Of a stretch of DNA of 64,000 bases, positions 53,980 through 64,000 are shown one piece after another. The stretch comes from an uncultured Lentimicrobiaceae bacterium (GTDB lineage: Bacteria; Bacteroidota; Bacteroidia; Bacteroidales; F082): contig CAZJUQ010000054.1 in the NCBI GenBank assembly GCA_964549335.1, forward strand, positions 53,663 to 117,662. The letters run 5' to 3'. The translations under genes and the position numbers were made by a program. The notes under the pieces were generated by a model. The model had not been told where the DNA came from. It searched no databases and saw nothing but the letters and a program-made list of their open reading frames with translations. Position 1 is the first letter of the stretch. Every line of letters starts with the position of its first letter.

Positions 53980-55617
53980 GTGAAGATAGCACTTGCACAA
54001 ATTAATTATCATATCGGAAATTTCGAAAACAACGGAAAAAAGATAATCGACGCCATAAAAAAAGCGGAGAAACAGGGAGCCGATTTGGCTGTTTTTGCCG
54101 AACTTGCAATTCCCGGATATCCTCCCCGCGATTTCCTGGAATTTAAAGACTTTGTTAATGAGTGTAACAACACATTGCAAAATATCGCCTCACATTGTCG
54201 CAACATAGCCGCCATAGTGGGGCTTCCCACTTTTAATCCCAACACAAAGGGCAAACCGCTGTACAATTCGGCGGCATTTGTTTACAATGGGAAAATAAAA
54301 CAATTGGTACACAAAACCTTATTGCCCAATTACGATATTTTTGACGAATACCGCTATTTTGAACCCAATACCAAATTCGATATCATTGAGTTCAAAGGAA
54401 AAAAAATTGCCCTTACGGTTTGCGAAGATTTGTGGAACGTACAAGACAATCCGCTTTATACCGTCAACCCCATGGACAAATTAACCGGTTTTGAGCCCGA
54501 TTTCATCGTAAACATAGCAGCATCTCCTTTCAATTACAAGCAAGCCTATTTGAGAAAAGAGGTTTTGAGAAACAATGCCTTGAAATACAGGCTGCCGCTC
54601 TATTACGTTAACCATGTCGGCGCACAAACCGAACTGCTTTTCGACGGCGGGTCGCTTGCCATGAACAGTAAAGGTGAAGTGGTGAAAGAGCTCGCCTATT
54701 TCGAAGAAGATTTTGCCCTATTCGACACCGGAGAGGTGGAAACGTCAAAAGTAACGGGTACAGTAACCGAACATAACGAAACGGAACTTATTCACGACGC
54801 ATTGGTAATGGGCATTAAAAATTATTTTCAGAAACTGGGATTTGAGAAGGCCATTCTCGGACTTTCGGGCGGAATAGACTCGGCGGTAACGGCGGTATTG
54901 GCTGCAAAGGCATTGGGTAATCAAAATGTTTACAATATCATGCTGCCTTCGCAATATTCGTCGGAGCATTCGGTAACTGATTCGGTAAAACTTGCCGAAA
55001 ACCTCAATATGCCGTACGACATCATAAGTATTGAAAAGGCGTACAACACATTCGGCGAAATTCTCGAACCCTTTTTTAAAGGTTTGCCCTTTAATGTGGC
55101 AGAAGAGAATCTGCAAGCCAGAATTAGAGGGGTTATATTAATGGCCCTTTCGAATAAGTTCGGACATATATTGTTAAACACAAGCAACAAAAGTGAAGCT
55201 GCAGTGGGTTACGGAACGCTATACGGCGATATGAACGGCGGACTTTCGGTACTGGGCGACGTTTACAAAACACAGGTATATCAACTTGCAAGGTATATTA
55301 ACCGCCACAAAGAGGTTATTCCCGAAAATATAATAACCAAACCTCCGTCAGCCGAATTGCGTCCGGGACAAAAAGACAGCGACTCGCTCCCCGATTACGA
55401 AATTCTTGACAAAATTCTTTACGAATACATAGAAAACCGTCAGGGTCCCAAGGAGATTATAGCCATGGGATACGACGAAAAACTTGTACGCAGAATTTTA
55501 AAACTTGTAAATACAAACGAATATAAAAGATATCAAACTCCGCCAATGTTACGTGTTTCGCAAAAAGCTTTCGGCATGGGACGGCGTATGCCCATAGTCG
55601 CCAAATATTTATCGTAA
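53980..55617 (+). CDS. nadE: glutamine-dependent NAD+ synthetase
   Basis: N-terminal nitrilase/CN-hydrolase domain (MKIALAQINY...FAELAIPGYPPRD...LTVCEDLW), then a synthetase domain with LGLSGGIDSAV (SGGxDS PP-loop). GTG start. Confidence 0.95.
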   Translation: MKIALAQINYHIGNFENNGKKIIDAIKKAEKQGADLAVFAELAIPGYPPRDFLEFKDFVNECNNTLQNIASHCRNIAAIVGLPTFNPNTKGKPLYNSAAFVYNGKIKQLVHKTLLPNYDIFDEYRYFEPNTKFDIIEFKGKKIALTVCEDLWNVQDNPLYTVNPMDKLTGFEPDFIVNIAASPFNYKQAYLRKEVLRNNALKYRLPLYYVNHVGAQTELLFDGGSLAMNSKGEVVKELAYFEEDFALFDTGEVETSKVTGTVTEHNETELIHDALVMGIKNYFQKLGFEKAILGLSGGIDSAVTAVLAAKALGNQNVYNIMLPSQYSSEHSVTDSVKLAENLNMPYDIISIEKAYNTFGEILEPFFKGLPFNVAEENLQARIRGVILMALSNKFGHILLNTSNKSEAAVGYGTLYGDMNGGLSVLGDVYKTQVYQLARYINRHKEVIPENIITKPPSAELRPGQKDSDSLPDYEILDKILYEYIENRQGPKEIIAMGYDEKLVRRILKLVNTNEYKRYQTPPMLRVSQKAFGMGRRMPIVAKYLS

Positions 55618-55623
55618 TATCTT

Positions 55624-56697
55624 TTACTGTCTGGATGTCGTATTTCTAAGGAGGTGGTCGGCCAAAACAAGAGCCGCCATAGCTTCCACAACGGGAACGG
55701 CACGCGGCACCACACAAACATCATGACGTCCTTTGTTTATCAATATTGTTTCGTTACCCTCGCGGTCAACTGTTTTTTGCGGTTTCATTATTGTAGGTAC
55801 CGGTTTGAAAGCCACTCTGAAAAAAATATCTTCACCGTTGGAAATTCCGCCTTGAATACCTCCCGAATGGTTGGTTTCCGTTCTTATTTTACCGTTTTTA
55901 TTTATAAACAAATCATTGACTTCACTACCTTTTTTCATTGCCATACCAAAACCGTCGCCTGTTTCAAAACCTTTAACGGCATTGATGCTCATCATGGCTT
56001 TGGACAGTTCGGCATTCAATTTGTCGAATACGGGTTCGCCCAACGAAGGAGGCACCCCTTTTATCAGGCAGCTTACCGTGCCGCCGAGAGTATCGCCATC
56101 TTTTTCAGTCTCTTCCAACAGCTTAATCATCTTTTCCGAAGCCTCTTCATCGGGACAGCGGACAGGCGACTTCTCAATATCACTTGCATCAAAGCCGGCA
56201 ATACCGGTGCTAACGGTTCCTATACCGCTTGTCCAAGCCGTTATTTTTATTCCGTGCTTATCAAGCAACAACATAGCAAAAGCACCTGCGGCAACCCTTG
56301 CCGCCGTTTCGCGGGCCGAAGCCCTGCCTCCACCTCTGTAATCGCGAATACCATACTTTTTCTCGTATGTATAATCGGCATGCGATGGCCTGTACACCAT
56401 TTTAACATGTTCGTAATCTTCAGGTCTTACATCCTTGTTCCTAATTAAAAAAGCTATTGGCGTACCCAACGATTTATTTTCAAACACCCCCGACAATATC
56501 TCTATTTTATCGGACTCGTCGCGCCGGGTTGTTAACCTCGATTGCCCGGGACGTCTCGCATTCAAACGCTGTTGAATAAAATCGGCATCTATGTCAATAC
56601 CTGCGGGAAAACCGTCGAGCACACCGCCTACGGCTATTCCGTGCGATTCGCCGAAAGTTATTAACGTTAATGCTTTGCCAAAAATATTTCCACCCAT
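55624..56697 (-). CDS. aroC: chorismate synthase
   Basis: GNIFGKALTLITFGESHG..., RRPGQSRLTTRRDESD, GGGRASARETAARVAAGA, HDVCVVPRAVPVVEAM. Start taken at the ATG giving MGGNIFG. Confidence 0.95.
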   Translation of the reverse strand: MGGNIFGKALTLITFGESHGIAVGGVLDGFPAGIDIDADFIQQRLNARRPGQSRLTTRRDESDKIEILSGVFENKSLGTPIAFLIRNKDVRPEDYEHVKMVYRPSHADYTYEKKYGIRDYRGGGRASARETAARVAAGAFAMLLLDKHGIKITAWTSGIGTVSTGIAGFDASDIEKSPVRCPDEEASEKMIKLLEETEKDGDTLGGTVSCLIKGVPPSLGEPVFDKLNAELSKAMMSINAVKGFETGDGFGMAMKKGSEVNDLFINKNGKIRTETNHSGGIQGGISNGEDIFFRVAFKPVPTIMKPQKTVDREGNETILINKGRHDVCVVPRAVPVVEAMAALVLADHLLRNTTSRQ

Positions 56698-56773
56698 ATT
56701 GTTCCGTTTATAACGGTAAAAGTACATAAAAAATAAAATTTCTTAAAACTTAACTTGCATTTGGTAAATTAAC

Positions 56774-56781
56774 TATTTTTG
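56774..56781 (+). promoter_or_regulatory. candidate -7 box (TAnnTTTG)
   Basis: TATTTTTG, 58 nt upstream of ATG 56840. Confidence 0.4.
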
Positions 56782-56839
56782 GTAAAAAATCATATTAAAC
56801 CGATTTTATTGTTAATCAGGTTACTAAAACAGTATAGTT

Positions 56840-57529
56840 ATGAAAAACATTATAGTTTCTTTGTTTGTAATAATTTTGTTTTCATTGGCAGGATGCGACG
56901 ACAACACACCGGCGCCATCTCCCAATCCCGAACCCGAAGTCCCCGATTTCAGTTACAACGATATGGCAAAAATGTATTTGAGTTTCAAACCCGAGAGCAA
57001 ATGGATTTTCCAAGACGACTCCACTTTGACATTGGATACGCTTGTTCTCTATTCGACTCAAGACGAAATAAGGAAACAAAATCCTGGTACAACGGCAGAA
57101 TACACCTATCTTGCAACATGGAAATATTTTTCCAACAACAATATCGGGCTTTTAAAAGGAGAGAGCTTTGCCATGAATACGGCAGTTCCCAATAATGTTT
57201 CCAATTCGGCGGAACGAATCTATTTTGCCGAAGATTCCTATAAAATAGCCTTTGGTCCCATGTACCCTTTCGGAAACAGAATAACTTTCGGAGGCGAAGA
57301 GGGAACCTTTATTAACAAAGAAAAAATAGCCTCCATGGAACTCAACGGCAAAACATACACCGATGTTTATCACTCAATATCCGAAGATTACAACGACTAT
57401 CCCGGCGATACGGTATTTTATCATTTTTATTATGCCAAAAATTTCGGTTTGATAAAATTCAGTTACAACCACAAAGGGTCAGGGCACAGTTACAGTCTGG
57501 TTGACGCATCGTTGATTACAGGAGATTAA
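56840..57529 (+). CDS. hypothetical lipoprotein
   Basis: MKNIIVSLFVIILFSLAGCDD has a lipobox Cys. No family recognised. Confidence 0.6.
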   Translation: MKNIIVSLFVIILFSLAGCDDNTPAPSPNPEPEVPDFSYNDMAKMYLSFKPESKWIFQDDSTLTLDTLVLYSTQDEIRKQNPGTTAEYTYLATWKYFSNNNIGLLKGESFAMNTAVPNNVSNSAERIYFAEDSYKIAFGPMYPFGNRITFGGEEGTFINKEKIASMELNGKTYTDVYHSISEDYNDYPGDTVFYHFYYAKNFGLIKFSYNHKGSGHSYSLVDASLITGD

Positions 57530-57692
57530 AAGGGTGAGAGTTCTGTTTCAGGTTTTTATTTTATACTGCCTGCCGCCTGAAGGCATTTTTCACATTTGTC
57601 CTGACAGGTTCTTCCGTTGTGCTATAACATGAAAACAAAAACGGCAACAGGCAATTATTAATTAAACGGCACAACAACCTGCCGGTTCAAAA

Positions 57693-59168
57693 CTAAATAG
57701 TTCCGAACCACTTTTCCACCAAGGCGGTTTTACTGAATTTCTCTTCATCCTTGTGATAAAACTCATTGGTTTTTGAGTTGTATGAATACTCCTTGCTCCA
57801 TTCATCGACATTAAATACGATTTGCTTAACCGCATCCACAACATAGTCCAGTTCCGTATCCGTCATTGTCGGATGAAGCGACACCCTTACAAAACCGGGT
57901 TTTTCCGAGTTATCGCCCCTGCTTATTTTCTCGGTAATTCTGTGCGATTCATCAGGGTCTATATTGAGCAAATAGTGTCCGTAAGTACCGGCACATGCAC
58001 AACCGCCGCGCACCTGGATACCGAAACGGTCGTTAAGCATTTTTACTATCAGATTGTAATGGATATTATCGACATAAAAGGAGAATATTCCCAGTCTATC
58101 CTTAATATTATCGGCAAGGATATGTAATCCGGGGATTTTCGAAAAACCTTCGAAAGCCTTGTTTACCAATTGCTCTTCGCGCCGTTTAATAAGCGAAGTG
58201 TCCATTTGTTCTTTCAACTCTATGGCAAGAGCTGTACGCATGGCTTGCAAGAAGCCGGGGGTACCACCGTCCTCCCGTAACTCAATGTCGTCGTAATACA
58301 TATGTTCACCCCAAGGGTTTGTCCATTCCACAGTACCGCCACCCGGATGATCGGGCACTTTTCTGTTATACATTTTTTTATTGAATATCAACACTCCCGA
58401 ACTTCCCGGACCTCCGAGGAACTTATGAGGCGAAAAAAACACGGCATCGAGATACTCATCTTTTTCAGCGGGGTGCATATCAATATCGACATATGGAGCC
58501 GAACCCGCAAAATCAACAAAAGCCAACCCACCGTACCGGTGCATTAAGGCGGCAAGTTTATGATAAGGTGGTTGAACGCCGGTAACATTGGAACAGGCGG
58601 AAAAAGAACCGACTTTAATTTTACGTTCTTTGTACTTTTCCAGTTGACGCTGCAACTCTTCCGGGTCAACCCTGTTTTCGGCATCAGGCTGCAACACCAC
58701 CACCTCGGCAATGGTTTCGAGCCAGGAAGTTTGATTTGAATGGTGTTCCATATGTGTTACAAATACCACGGGGCGCTCCTTTTTGGGAATACATTCGCCC
58801 TTTTCGTAAACGGCACAATTCTTAAAACCCAAAATACGTTGCAATTTATTAACCACGGCAGTCATTCCGAAGCCGGCGGTAATAATAACGTCGTCGGGAC
58901 CGGCATTGACGTGTCTTTTTATCTTTTCGTGTGCAAAATGATATGCTTTTGTCATTAAAGTTCCCGTTTCGGAAGTTTCGGTATGTGTATTACCCACAAA
59001 CGGACCAATCTCTTCAGCCATTTTCTTTTCAATGGGAGCATATAATCTTCCGCTTGCCACCCAGTCGGCATATAACAAATTCATGGTTCCGTACGGTGTA
59101 CGGAATTTTGCATCAATACCTATTATGTTTTTTCTGAAACGTTCGAAATGCTTTTCCAAGTCTGTCAT
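57693..59168 (-). CDS. aminotransferase class V-fold PLP-dependent enzyme (cysteine-desulfurase-like)
   Basis: ~490 aa. ...HMEHHSNQTSW..., FFSPHKFLGGPGSSGVL (SxHK PLP-Lys motif), GGCACAGTYGH. Confidence 0.8.
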   Translation of the reverse strand: MTDLEKHFERFRKNIIGIDAKFRTPYGTMNLLYADWVASGRLYAPIEKKMAEEIGPFVGNTHTETSETGTLMTKAYHFAHEKIKRHVNAGPDDVIITAGFGMTAVVNKLQRILGFKNCAVYEKGECIPKKERPVVFVTHMEHHSNQTSWLETIAEVVVLQPDAENRVDPEELQRQLEKYKERKIKVGSFSACSNVTGVQPPYHKLAALMHRYGGLAFVDFAGSAPYVDIDMHPAEKDEYLDAVFFSPHKFLGGPGSSGVLIFNKKMYNRKVPDHPGGGTVEWTNPWGEHMYYDDIELREDGGTPGFLQAMRTALAIELKEQMDTSLIKRREEQLVNKAFEGFSKIPGLHILADNIKDRLGIFSFYVDNIHYNLIVKMLNDRFGIQVRGGCACAGTYGHYLLNIDPDESHRITEKISRGDNSEKPGFVRVSLHPTMTDTELDYVVDAVKQIVFNVDEWSKEYSYNSKTNEFYHKDEEKFSKTALVEKWFGTI

Positions 59169-59241
59169 AAGAAATATCCTTTTATCATGTTTTAGACAAC
59201 ATCAATCGAAAAAAGTATGGAAACGAATAAAAACTTGTTAG

Positions 59242-59249
59242 CAAATTTA
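59242..59249 (-). promoter_or_regulatory. candidate -7 box (TAnnTTTG)
   Basis: Minus strand TAAATTTG, 73 nt upstream of ATG 59168 and directly after the secDF terminator. Confidence 0.4.
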
Positions 59250-59285
59250 AAAAAAATCCCGGTTAAACACTCAACCGGGATTTTT
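59246..59285 (-). terminator. rho-independent terminator of secDF
   Basis: AAATCCCGGTT (59254-59264) pairs with AACCGGGATTT (59273-59283): 11-bp stem, 8-nt loop. An A-run/T-run flanks it, giving a U-tract on the minus strand. Confidence 0.75.
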
Positions 59286-59308
59286 CACAAATAAATTAAC
59301 TTGAAAAG

Positions 59309-62300
59309 TTATTTTTTCTTGGACTTCTTTTTTCTTTTACGTTCGGCCTCTTCGTTTTTTGCCTCTATCGCTTTATCGTTTTTATCGCCTTTCAACAGGT
59401 CGTAAGCAATGGGGCTTGCCGTAAATACCGAAGAGTATGTACCTATTAAAATACCTATTAACAAAGCGAATACAAATCCGCGAATAACTTCGCCGCCGAA
59501 CAGGAATATCATAAGAAGCACAACAAGAGTTGTACCCGAGGTATTCATGGTACGCGCCAAAGTTGCGTTCAAACCTTCGTTCATATTCCGCTTAAGCGTA
59601 TGTTTAGGGAATAAAGTGGTATTTTCACGAATACGGTCGAAAATAATCACGGTATCGTTTATGGAGTATCCGATAATGGTAAGGATAGCGGCAATAAACG
59701 ATTGGTCAACCTCCATATTAAAGGGCATAATGCCGTAAAAGAGGGAGAACATGCCCATGGTAATTATCGTATCGTGGAAAAGTGCCAAAACACCTCCGAC
59801 ACCGTATTGCCACTTTTTAAACCTGAGTGCTATATAAACGAAAATGATAATCAAGGCAAAGAATATGGCAAAATAGGCTTTTTCGCGAATATCGTAAGCA
59901 ATTGTAGGACCTATTTTTTGCGAACTTAAAATTCCCAGCAACTTGTTTTCACCCTCTGTATCCGAAGTAAAATCTTTATATTTCAAAGGTGTTTTATAAA
60001 AGGCTTTCAGACCGTCGTAAAGTTTACGCTGAATGATTGAATCGGCATTAATACTTTCGTCGGCATCAATTAAATATTTTGTGGTAACCTTTATTTGGCT
60101 GGAAGGGCCGAAAGTTTTCACTTCGGGAGCTATGTTTTCAAACTCTTTGGTTAAAACTTTTCTGATAGCTTCGGTATTAACGTCCTTATCGAAACGGATA
60201 ACATAAGTACGTCCACCCGTAAAATCGACACCGAAGTTCAAACCGCGAGTAAATAGCGAAACCAAACTGATGGTTATTAATAGCCCTGAAAAAATATAGG
60301 CTTTTTTACGCCAGCCAATAAAATCGAAATTGGTATTTGAAAGTGTGTTTGCCGTAAATTTGTTTGAGAAAGATATCTTTTTGTTTTTCTCAAGCATATT
60401 TGTAAATAACAATCTCGATATAAAGATAGCCGTAAAGAGCGACGAAAGCAGACCTATGATAAGAGTTGTTGCAAAACCTTGCACCGGACCTGTACCGAAA
60501 ACGTAGAGCACAATACCGGTCAGCAATGTTGTAACGTTTCCGTCGATAATAGCCGAATAAGCGTTTTTGTAACCGTCGGCTATGGCAAGTCTGATACCTT
60601 TACCTGCCCGCACCTCCTCTTTAATACGTTCGTAAATAATCACGTTGGCGTCAACAGCCATACCGAGTGTCAGTACGATACCTGCAATACCCGGCAGAGT
60701 AAGAACCGCACCCAACGAGGCCAATACTCCGAACAAGAAAAACACGTTGACGATAAGAGCGAAACTTGCCACCCAGCCTGCTTTGTTATAATAAGCAATC
60801 ATGTAAGCCAAAACAAGTATGAAAGCGAGGATAAAACTGTTCATTCCCGCTTTCACGGCTTCGCGGCCGAGCGAAGGACCTACCACAGCCTCTTCGACAA
60901 TATGTGCTGATGCGGGGAGTTTACCCGCTTTAAGTATATTGGCAAGGTCTTTAGCCTCTTCAACGGTCATGCCACCGCCAGAAATTGAGGAGCGTCCGTT
61001 GGGGATTTCACCGTTAACAACGGGAAAAGAGTAAACATAACCGTCGAGAACAATAGCAATTTGCCGTCCTATATTATCGGCCGTAAGACGTTTCCAGATT
61101 TTGGCGCCCTGGCTGTTCATTTGAAGATCAACGGAGACTTTTCCGTTTTGGTCGAAATCTTTACGGGCATCAACAATAACGTCGCCGCCGAGGGCAGCAC
61201 TTCCGTCGCGTGTACTTGCTTTAAGAGCAATAAGCTCCAATACGTCGGGAGTTCTCGGGTCGGGTTTTACGGCCCAGGCAAAACGCAAATCCCTCGGGAA
61301 AATATCTTTTACTTTTCTCAACATGTTATTTATGCGTGCCGTATCCTTTATGGCGGCAACACCAACCCTTGCCGATTGTGCCGGAGCAAACTTGCCGTTC
61401 TCGGTTTGATAATAAGAAGGACGCAAATAGGCATACAAGGGGTTCTTTTTGGCATACTCTTCAAAAGATTGCTCTTTTTTGGCAATGTTCGAAGTATCTT
61501 TTTCTATCTGTTCGAGCAGTTTGTTTTTTGTGGTATCGCTACTTTTTGCGGTAACGGCGGTATCTTGTCCGGCTGAAACCGAAGCCGGTTTTTCACCTTT
61601 CACTGATTTCTCTTCACCTGCATTGGTATTTGCATCCGTGTTTTTACCGTTTTCTTCTTCATTCAATTGCTCAACTTCCGCCAGTTTTTTGTTTGCCTGG
61701 TCGAAATATTGAAATATTTCGGAGAAATTATAGGTTTCCCAAAATTCAAGTTTTGCCGTACCTTGAAGAAGTTTACGGACACGCTCGGGGTCTTTTATAC
61801 CGGGGAGTTCGATAAGTATTCGTCCGCTGGTGGCAAGTTTTTGGATGTTGGGTTGCGAAACACCGAAGCGGTCGATACGTGTTCTTAATATTTGGAACGA
61901 CCTGTCGATTGCTCCGTCGGCTTCTTTTTTAATTACCTTTAAAACTTCGTCGTTTGTTGAAGTTGTTGTAATTCCTTTGTCTTTAAATTCATATAAAAAT
62001 ATTGAAGCAAGACGTGCGTTGGGATCGATTTTTTGAAATGCCTCGCCAAACAGAGTTACAAAATCTTTGTTGCTGTTTTTTTGCATCTCTTTGGCCATTT
62101 TCATGGCTTTTCTGAAAGTGGGGTCCTCGCTGTGTCCCGACAAGGCGTCAATAATGTCGCTAACCGACACTTCCAGGACAACGTTCATACCGCCTTTGAG
62201 GTCGAGTCCCAGATTTATTTCACGTTCTTTACACTCTTTGTAGGTATAACTGTCAATACCTATGTTGTAAACAACTTCGTTGGCAATACTGTCGAGATAA

Positions 62301-62518
62301 TAACTTTCTCTTGCCTTTTCAATCGAATCGAGCAAATACTGTTCTCTTGCTTCGTTTCCCCCTGCAAGTTTTTTTGCTTGTTGCAAAGCCACGTTGCTTG
62401 CGGCATATTCTTTGGCTTTCTTTTCCACCCTTGAAGTTACCACGGTGAAACTCAACTGATAAAGACATACCAACGCAAACGAAATGGCAAAAAACTTGAT
62501 AGCTCCTTTGTTTTGCAT
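59309..62518 (-). CDS. secDF: protein translocase subunit SecDF (fused)
   Basis: 1069 aa. LGLDLKGGMNVVLEV, a large periplasmic domain, two six-TM blocks with GIAGIVLTLGMAVDANVIIYERIKEE and IGYSINDTVIIFDRIREN. Confidence 0.95.
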   Translation of the reverse strand: MQNKGAIKFFAISFALVCLYQLSFTVVTSRVEKKAKEYAASNVALQQAKKLAGGNEAREQYLLDSIEKARESYYLDSIANEVVYNIGIDSYTYKECKEREINLGLDLKGGMNVVLEVSVSDIIDALSGHSEDPTFRKAMKMAKEMQKNSNKDFVTLFGEAFQKIDPNARLASIFLYEFKDKGITTTSTNDEVLKVIKKEADGAIDRSFQILRTRIDRFGVSQPNIQKLATSGRILIELPGIKDPERVRKLLQGTAKLEFWETYNFSEIFQYFDQANKKLAEVEQLNEEENGKNTDANTNAGEEKSVKGEKPASVSAGQDTAVTAKSSDTTKNKLLEQIEKDTSNIAKKEQSFEEYAKKNPLYAYLRPSYYQTENGKFAPAQSARVGVAAIKDTARINNMLRKVKDIFPRDLRFAWAVKPDPRTPDVLELIALKASTRDGSAALGGDVIVDARKDFDQNGKVSVDLQMNSQGAKIWKRLTADNIGRQIAIVLDGYVYSFPVVNGEIPNGRSSISGGGMTVEEAKDLANILKAGKLPASAHIVEEAVVGPSLGREAVKAGMNSFILAFILVLAYMIAYYNKAGWVASFALIVNVFFLFGVLASLGAVLTLPGIAGIVLTLGMAVDANVIIYERIKEEVRAGKGIRLAIADGYKNAYSAIIDGNVTTLLTGIVLYVFGTGPVQGFATTLIIGLLSSLFTAIFISRLLFTNMLEKNKKISFSNKFTANTLSNTNFDFIGWRKKAYIFSGLLITISLVSLFTRGLNFGVDFTGGRTYVIRFDKDVNTEAIRKVLTKEFENIAPEVKTFGPSSQIKVTTKYLIDADESINADSIIQRKLYDGLKAFYKTPLKYKDFTSDTEGENKLLGILSSQKIGPTIAYDIREKAYFAIFFALIIIFVYIALRFKKWQYGVGGVLALFHDTIITMGMFSLFYGIMPFNMEVDQSFIAAILTIIGYSINDTVIIFDRIRENTTLFPKHTLKRNMNEGLNATLARTMNTSGTTLVVLLMIFLFGGEVIRGFVFALLIGILIGTYSSVFTASPIAYDLLKGDKNDKAIEAKNEEAERKRKKKSKKK

Positions 62519-62562
62519 TTGAAATTAGATATTTATGATTTTACTTAAATTTTTTAAGGGTG

Positions 62563-62570
62563 CAAAAATA
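62563..62570 (-). promoter_or_regulatory. candidate -7 box (TAnnTTTG)
   Basis: Minus strand TATTTTTG, 44 nt upstream of ATG 62518. Confidence 0.45.
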
Positions 62571-62605
62571 GAATAATATTTTATATAAACAATGTACAAT
62601 ACAAT

Positions 62606-64000
62606 TTATCTTACTGTTTTCCTATCGTTTTTTATTATGGAAATAAATTCCTTAATGTTTAACAGTTTTAAAGCAAATGCCGTTAAGGTTCCGAAAGTTA
62701 AAAATATCATTATGTTTTTATGCCAGCTTAATGCGGAAAAGGTGTTTATTAAATAACCCGAAAAGAAGATTAAGAGAACGGCGGCAAAAAATTTCAGTAT
62801 CCACATTTTAGAAAAATCGAGTTTAAAATATTTAAATGCAAGGGACATTTGCAATACTGCCGTTATTGTTTGTGCCCCGAGGCTTGCATATGCCGAACCT
62901 ATGGCATGATAACCGGGGATTAAAATAAAATTCAACAACAGATTTGTAACAAGACCCGTCAGAGCAATCAGGTTCAGGGCTTTCAAATTGTTGTTTGCCG
63001 TAAGCAAGGTGCCGAAAATATAATTGGACGATACGGCGACAAAACTGAACATCAATATTTTAAAAATATGTTGCGATTGCATGATGCGGTTAGCGAAACC
63101 GATTAAAGTTTCGCCTTGGTGTCGGGTGTACATAAGCTCCATGATGTTTTTTCCGAAAAAGGTTGCCGTTGCTGCAATCAAAAGGGCACCCGTAATAATG
63201 ATTGAGAAAGATATCCGTACCAATTTACCAACGGGCATATGCTCTTTTATCATTTTCGAAAACAGGGGAAGCAGCAAAACGGCAAAAAGGTAAGCAAAGT
63301 TTTGTCCGGCATCAAGGAGCCTGTATGCAAGGGCATAAACGCCCGACTGCTCGGCACCGAGTGGCGAAGGCAAAAGACGTTCGAGCAAAACGGTATCAAT
63401 GCGATTGTAAAAACTCATTATCAAAACCAAAAGAGCAAAAGGGATACTCTTTTTTATTATCATCAAAAAAAATGCGGTATTCCAGTTTAATTTCAACTTA
63501 CCCGATTTGTTAAGAACTGCCGTCAAAGCTATCAGTACGGTTATTCCGTATGCCAATGTTTGCGAATATACATACCACTCTATTTTGAAACTTGCGGGAA
63601 ACCAGCCGCTCCATAAAATAGCTCCCACAAAAAGTATCATTAATATTCTGTCGAGTATTGACAGAAAACTGTCGGTCTTAAAAAGTAAAAGTCCCGAAAT
63701 ATTGGAACGTAAATACAAAATAAACGAAAGCAAAAACTGATTGAAACCCACCCAAGCCAAAATGTAAAGTTGGCGTCCTCTGTAGCCTATAAGTATTCCG
63801 ACGGCAAAAATTATGAAGGCATAAACTAATCCGAGCAGAAGCTTCAAACTTGCAATACCCGCCAGATGCTTGTTTAAAAGCTGGTTGTTTTGCGCTATGT
63901 TTCTATTGTTGAAATTGGTAATTCCCAAATCGAGGAAAATAAAAAAGAGGAAGGAGAAGTTGAATATGGAGAAATAGAAACCGTACTCGTCGGTACCCAC
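62606..64000 (-). CDS. polysaccharide/oligosaccharide flippase (Wzx/MOP superfamily), N-terminus outside the window
   Basis: All-membrane ~460 aa with a MOP-flippase pattern (many TM helices; RLLDAGQNFAYLFAVLLLPLFSKM). The ORF runs off the right edge, so the 5' end is missing. Confidence 0.75.
   Translation of the reverse strand: MGTDEYGFYFSIFNFSFLFFIFLDLGITNFNNRNIAQNNQLLNKHLAGIASLKLLLGLVYAFIIFAVGILIGYRGRQLYILAWVGFNQFLLSFILYLRSNISGLLLFKTDSFLSILDRILMILFVGAILWSGWFPASFKIEWYVYSQTLAYGITVLIALTAVLNKSGKLKLNWNTAFFLMIIKKSIPFALLVLIMSFYNRIDTVLLERLLPSPLGAEQSGVYALAYRLLDAGQNFAYLFAVLLLPLFSKMIKEHMPVGKLVRISFSIIITGALLIAATATFFGKNIMELMYTRHQGETLIGFANRIMQSQHIFKILMFSFVAVSSNYIFGTLLTANNNLKALNLIALTGLVTNLLLNFILIPGYHAIGSAYASLGAQTITAVLQMSLAFKYFKLDFSKMWILKFFAAVLLIFFSGYLINTFSALSWHKNIMIFLTFGTLTAFALKLLNIKEFISIIKNDRKTVR

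Noticed and set aside
55654-56448. 264-aa ORF on the plus strand overlapping aroC
   Set aside because: Chorismate synthase motifs on the minus strand are unambiguous. The plus-strand translation has no recognisable features and no promoter box.
1-64000. Mobile elements, prophage, defence islands, CRISPR arrays, tRNA/rRNA genes
   Set aside because: I found no integrase, transposase or recombinase motifs, no long terminal or inverted repeats, no repeat-spacer arrays and no tRNA-like cloverleaf candidates while reading. Apart from 28111..28300 the composition looks uniform.

Overview
This 64-kb window looks like chromosomal DNA from an AT-rich, probably anaerobic member of the Bacteroidota. Supporting evidence: a T9SS C-terminal sorting domain, a fused SecDF, an ECF sigma factor, five radical SAM enzymes, an ADP-forming acetyl-CoA synthetase, and 17 exact TAnnTTTG -7 boxes placed just upstream of start codons. 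I call 47 protein-coding genes, one of them truncated at the right edge, plus one candidate 6S RNA. I also call several intrinsic terminator hairpins and the promoter boxes. I saw no rRNA, tRNA, CRISPR array, transposase, integrase or recognisable defence genes. Housekeeping genes include rbfA, pbpC, zapA, rny, gcvP, nadE, aroC and secDF.

The regions worth a second look, in order of interest:
1. 38090..51525: a 13.4-kb minus-strand operon of four HAMP/GAF hybrid histidine kinases (10 canonical receiver domains, no HPt, no output domain). It is co-transcribed with a stand-alone CheR and a receiver-less CheB, with no MCP, CheA or CheW in the window. Both giant kinases carry a same-length E/Q-rich NEEL-type coiled coil, a plausible methylation substrate.
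2. 11027..17256: three tandem paralogous B12-binding radical SAM genes, divergently paired with an ACP / GtrB-ArnC-like GT2 / PseH-like GNAT operon.
3. 17261..19610: a complete AmmeMemoRadiSam triad.
4. 22109..23275: a sigma-54 activator without a DNA-binding domain.
5. 28111..28300: a ~66% GC island in a convergent intergenic gap.
6. 30388..30575: a rod-like 6S-type RNA between zapA and rny.

All functional calls come from reading motifs in the supplied translations and DNA. No database search was run, and coordinates of short motifs could be off by a base or so.
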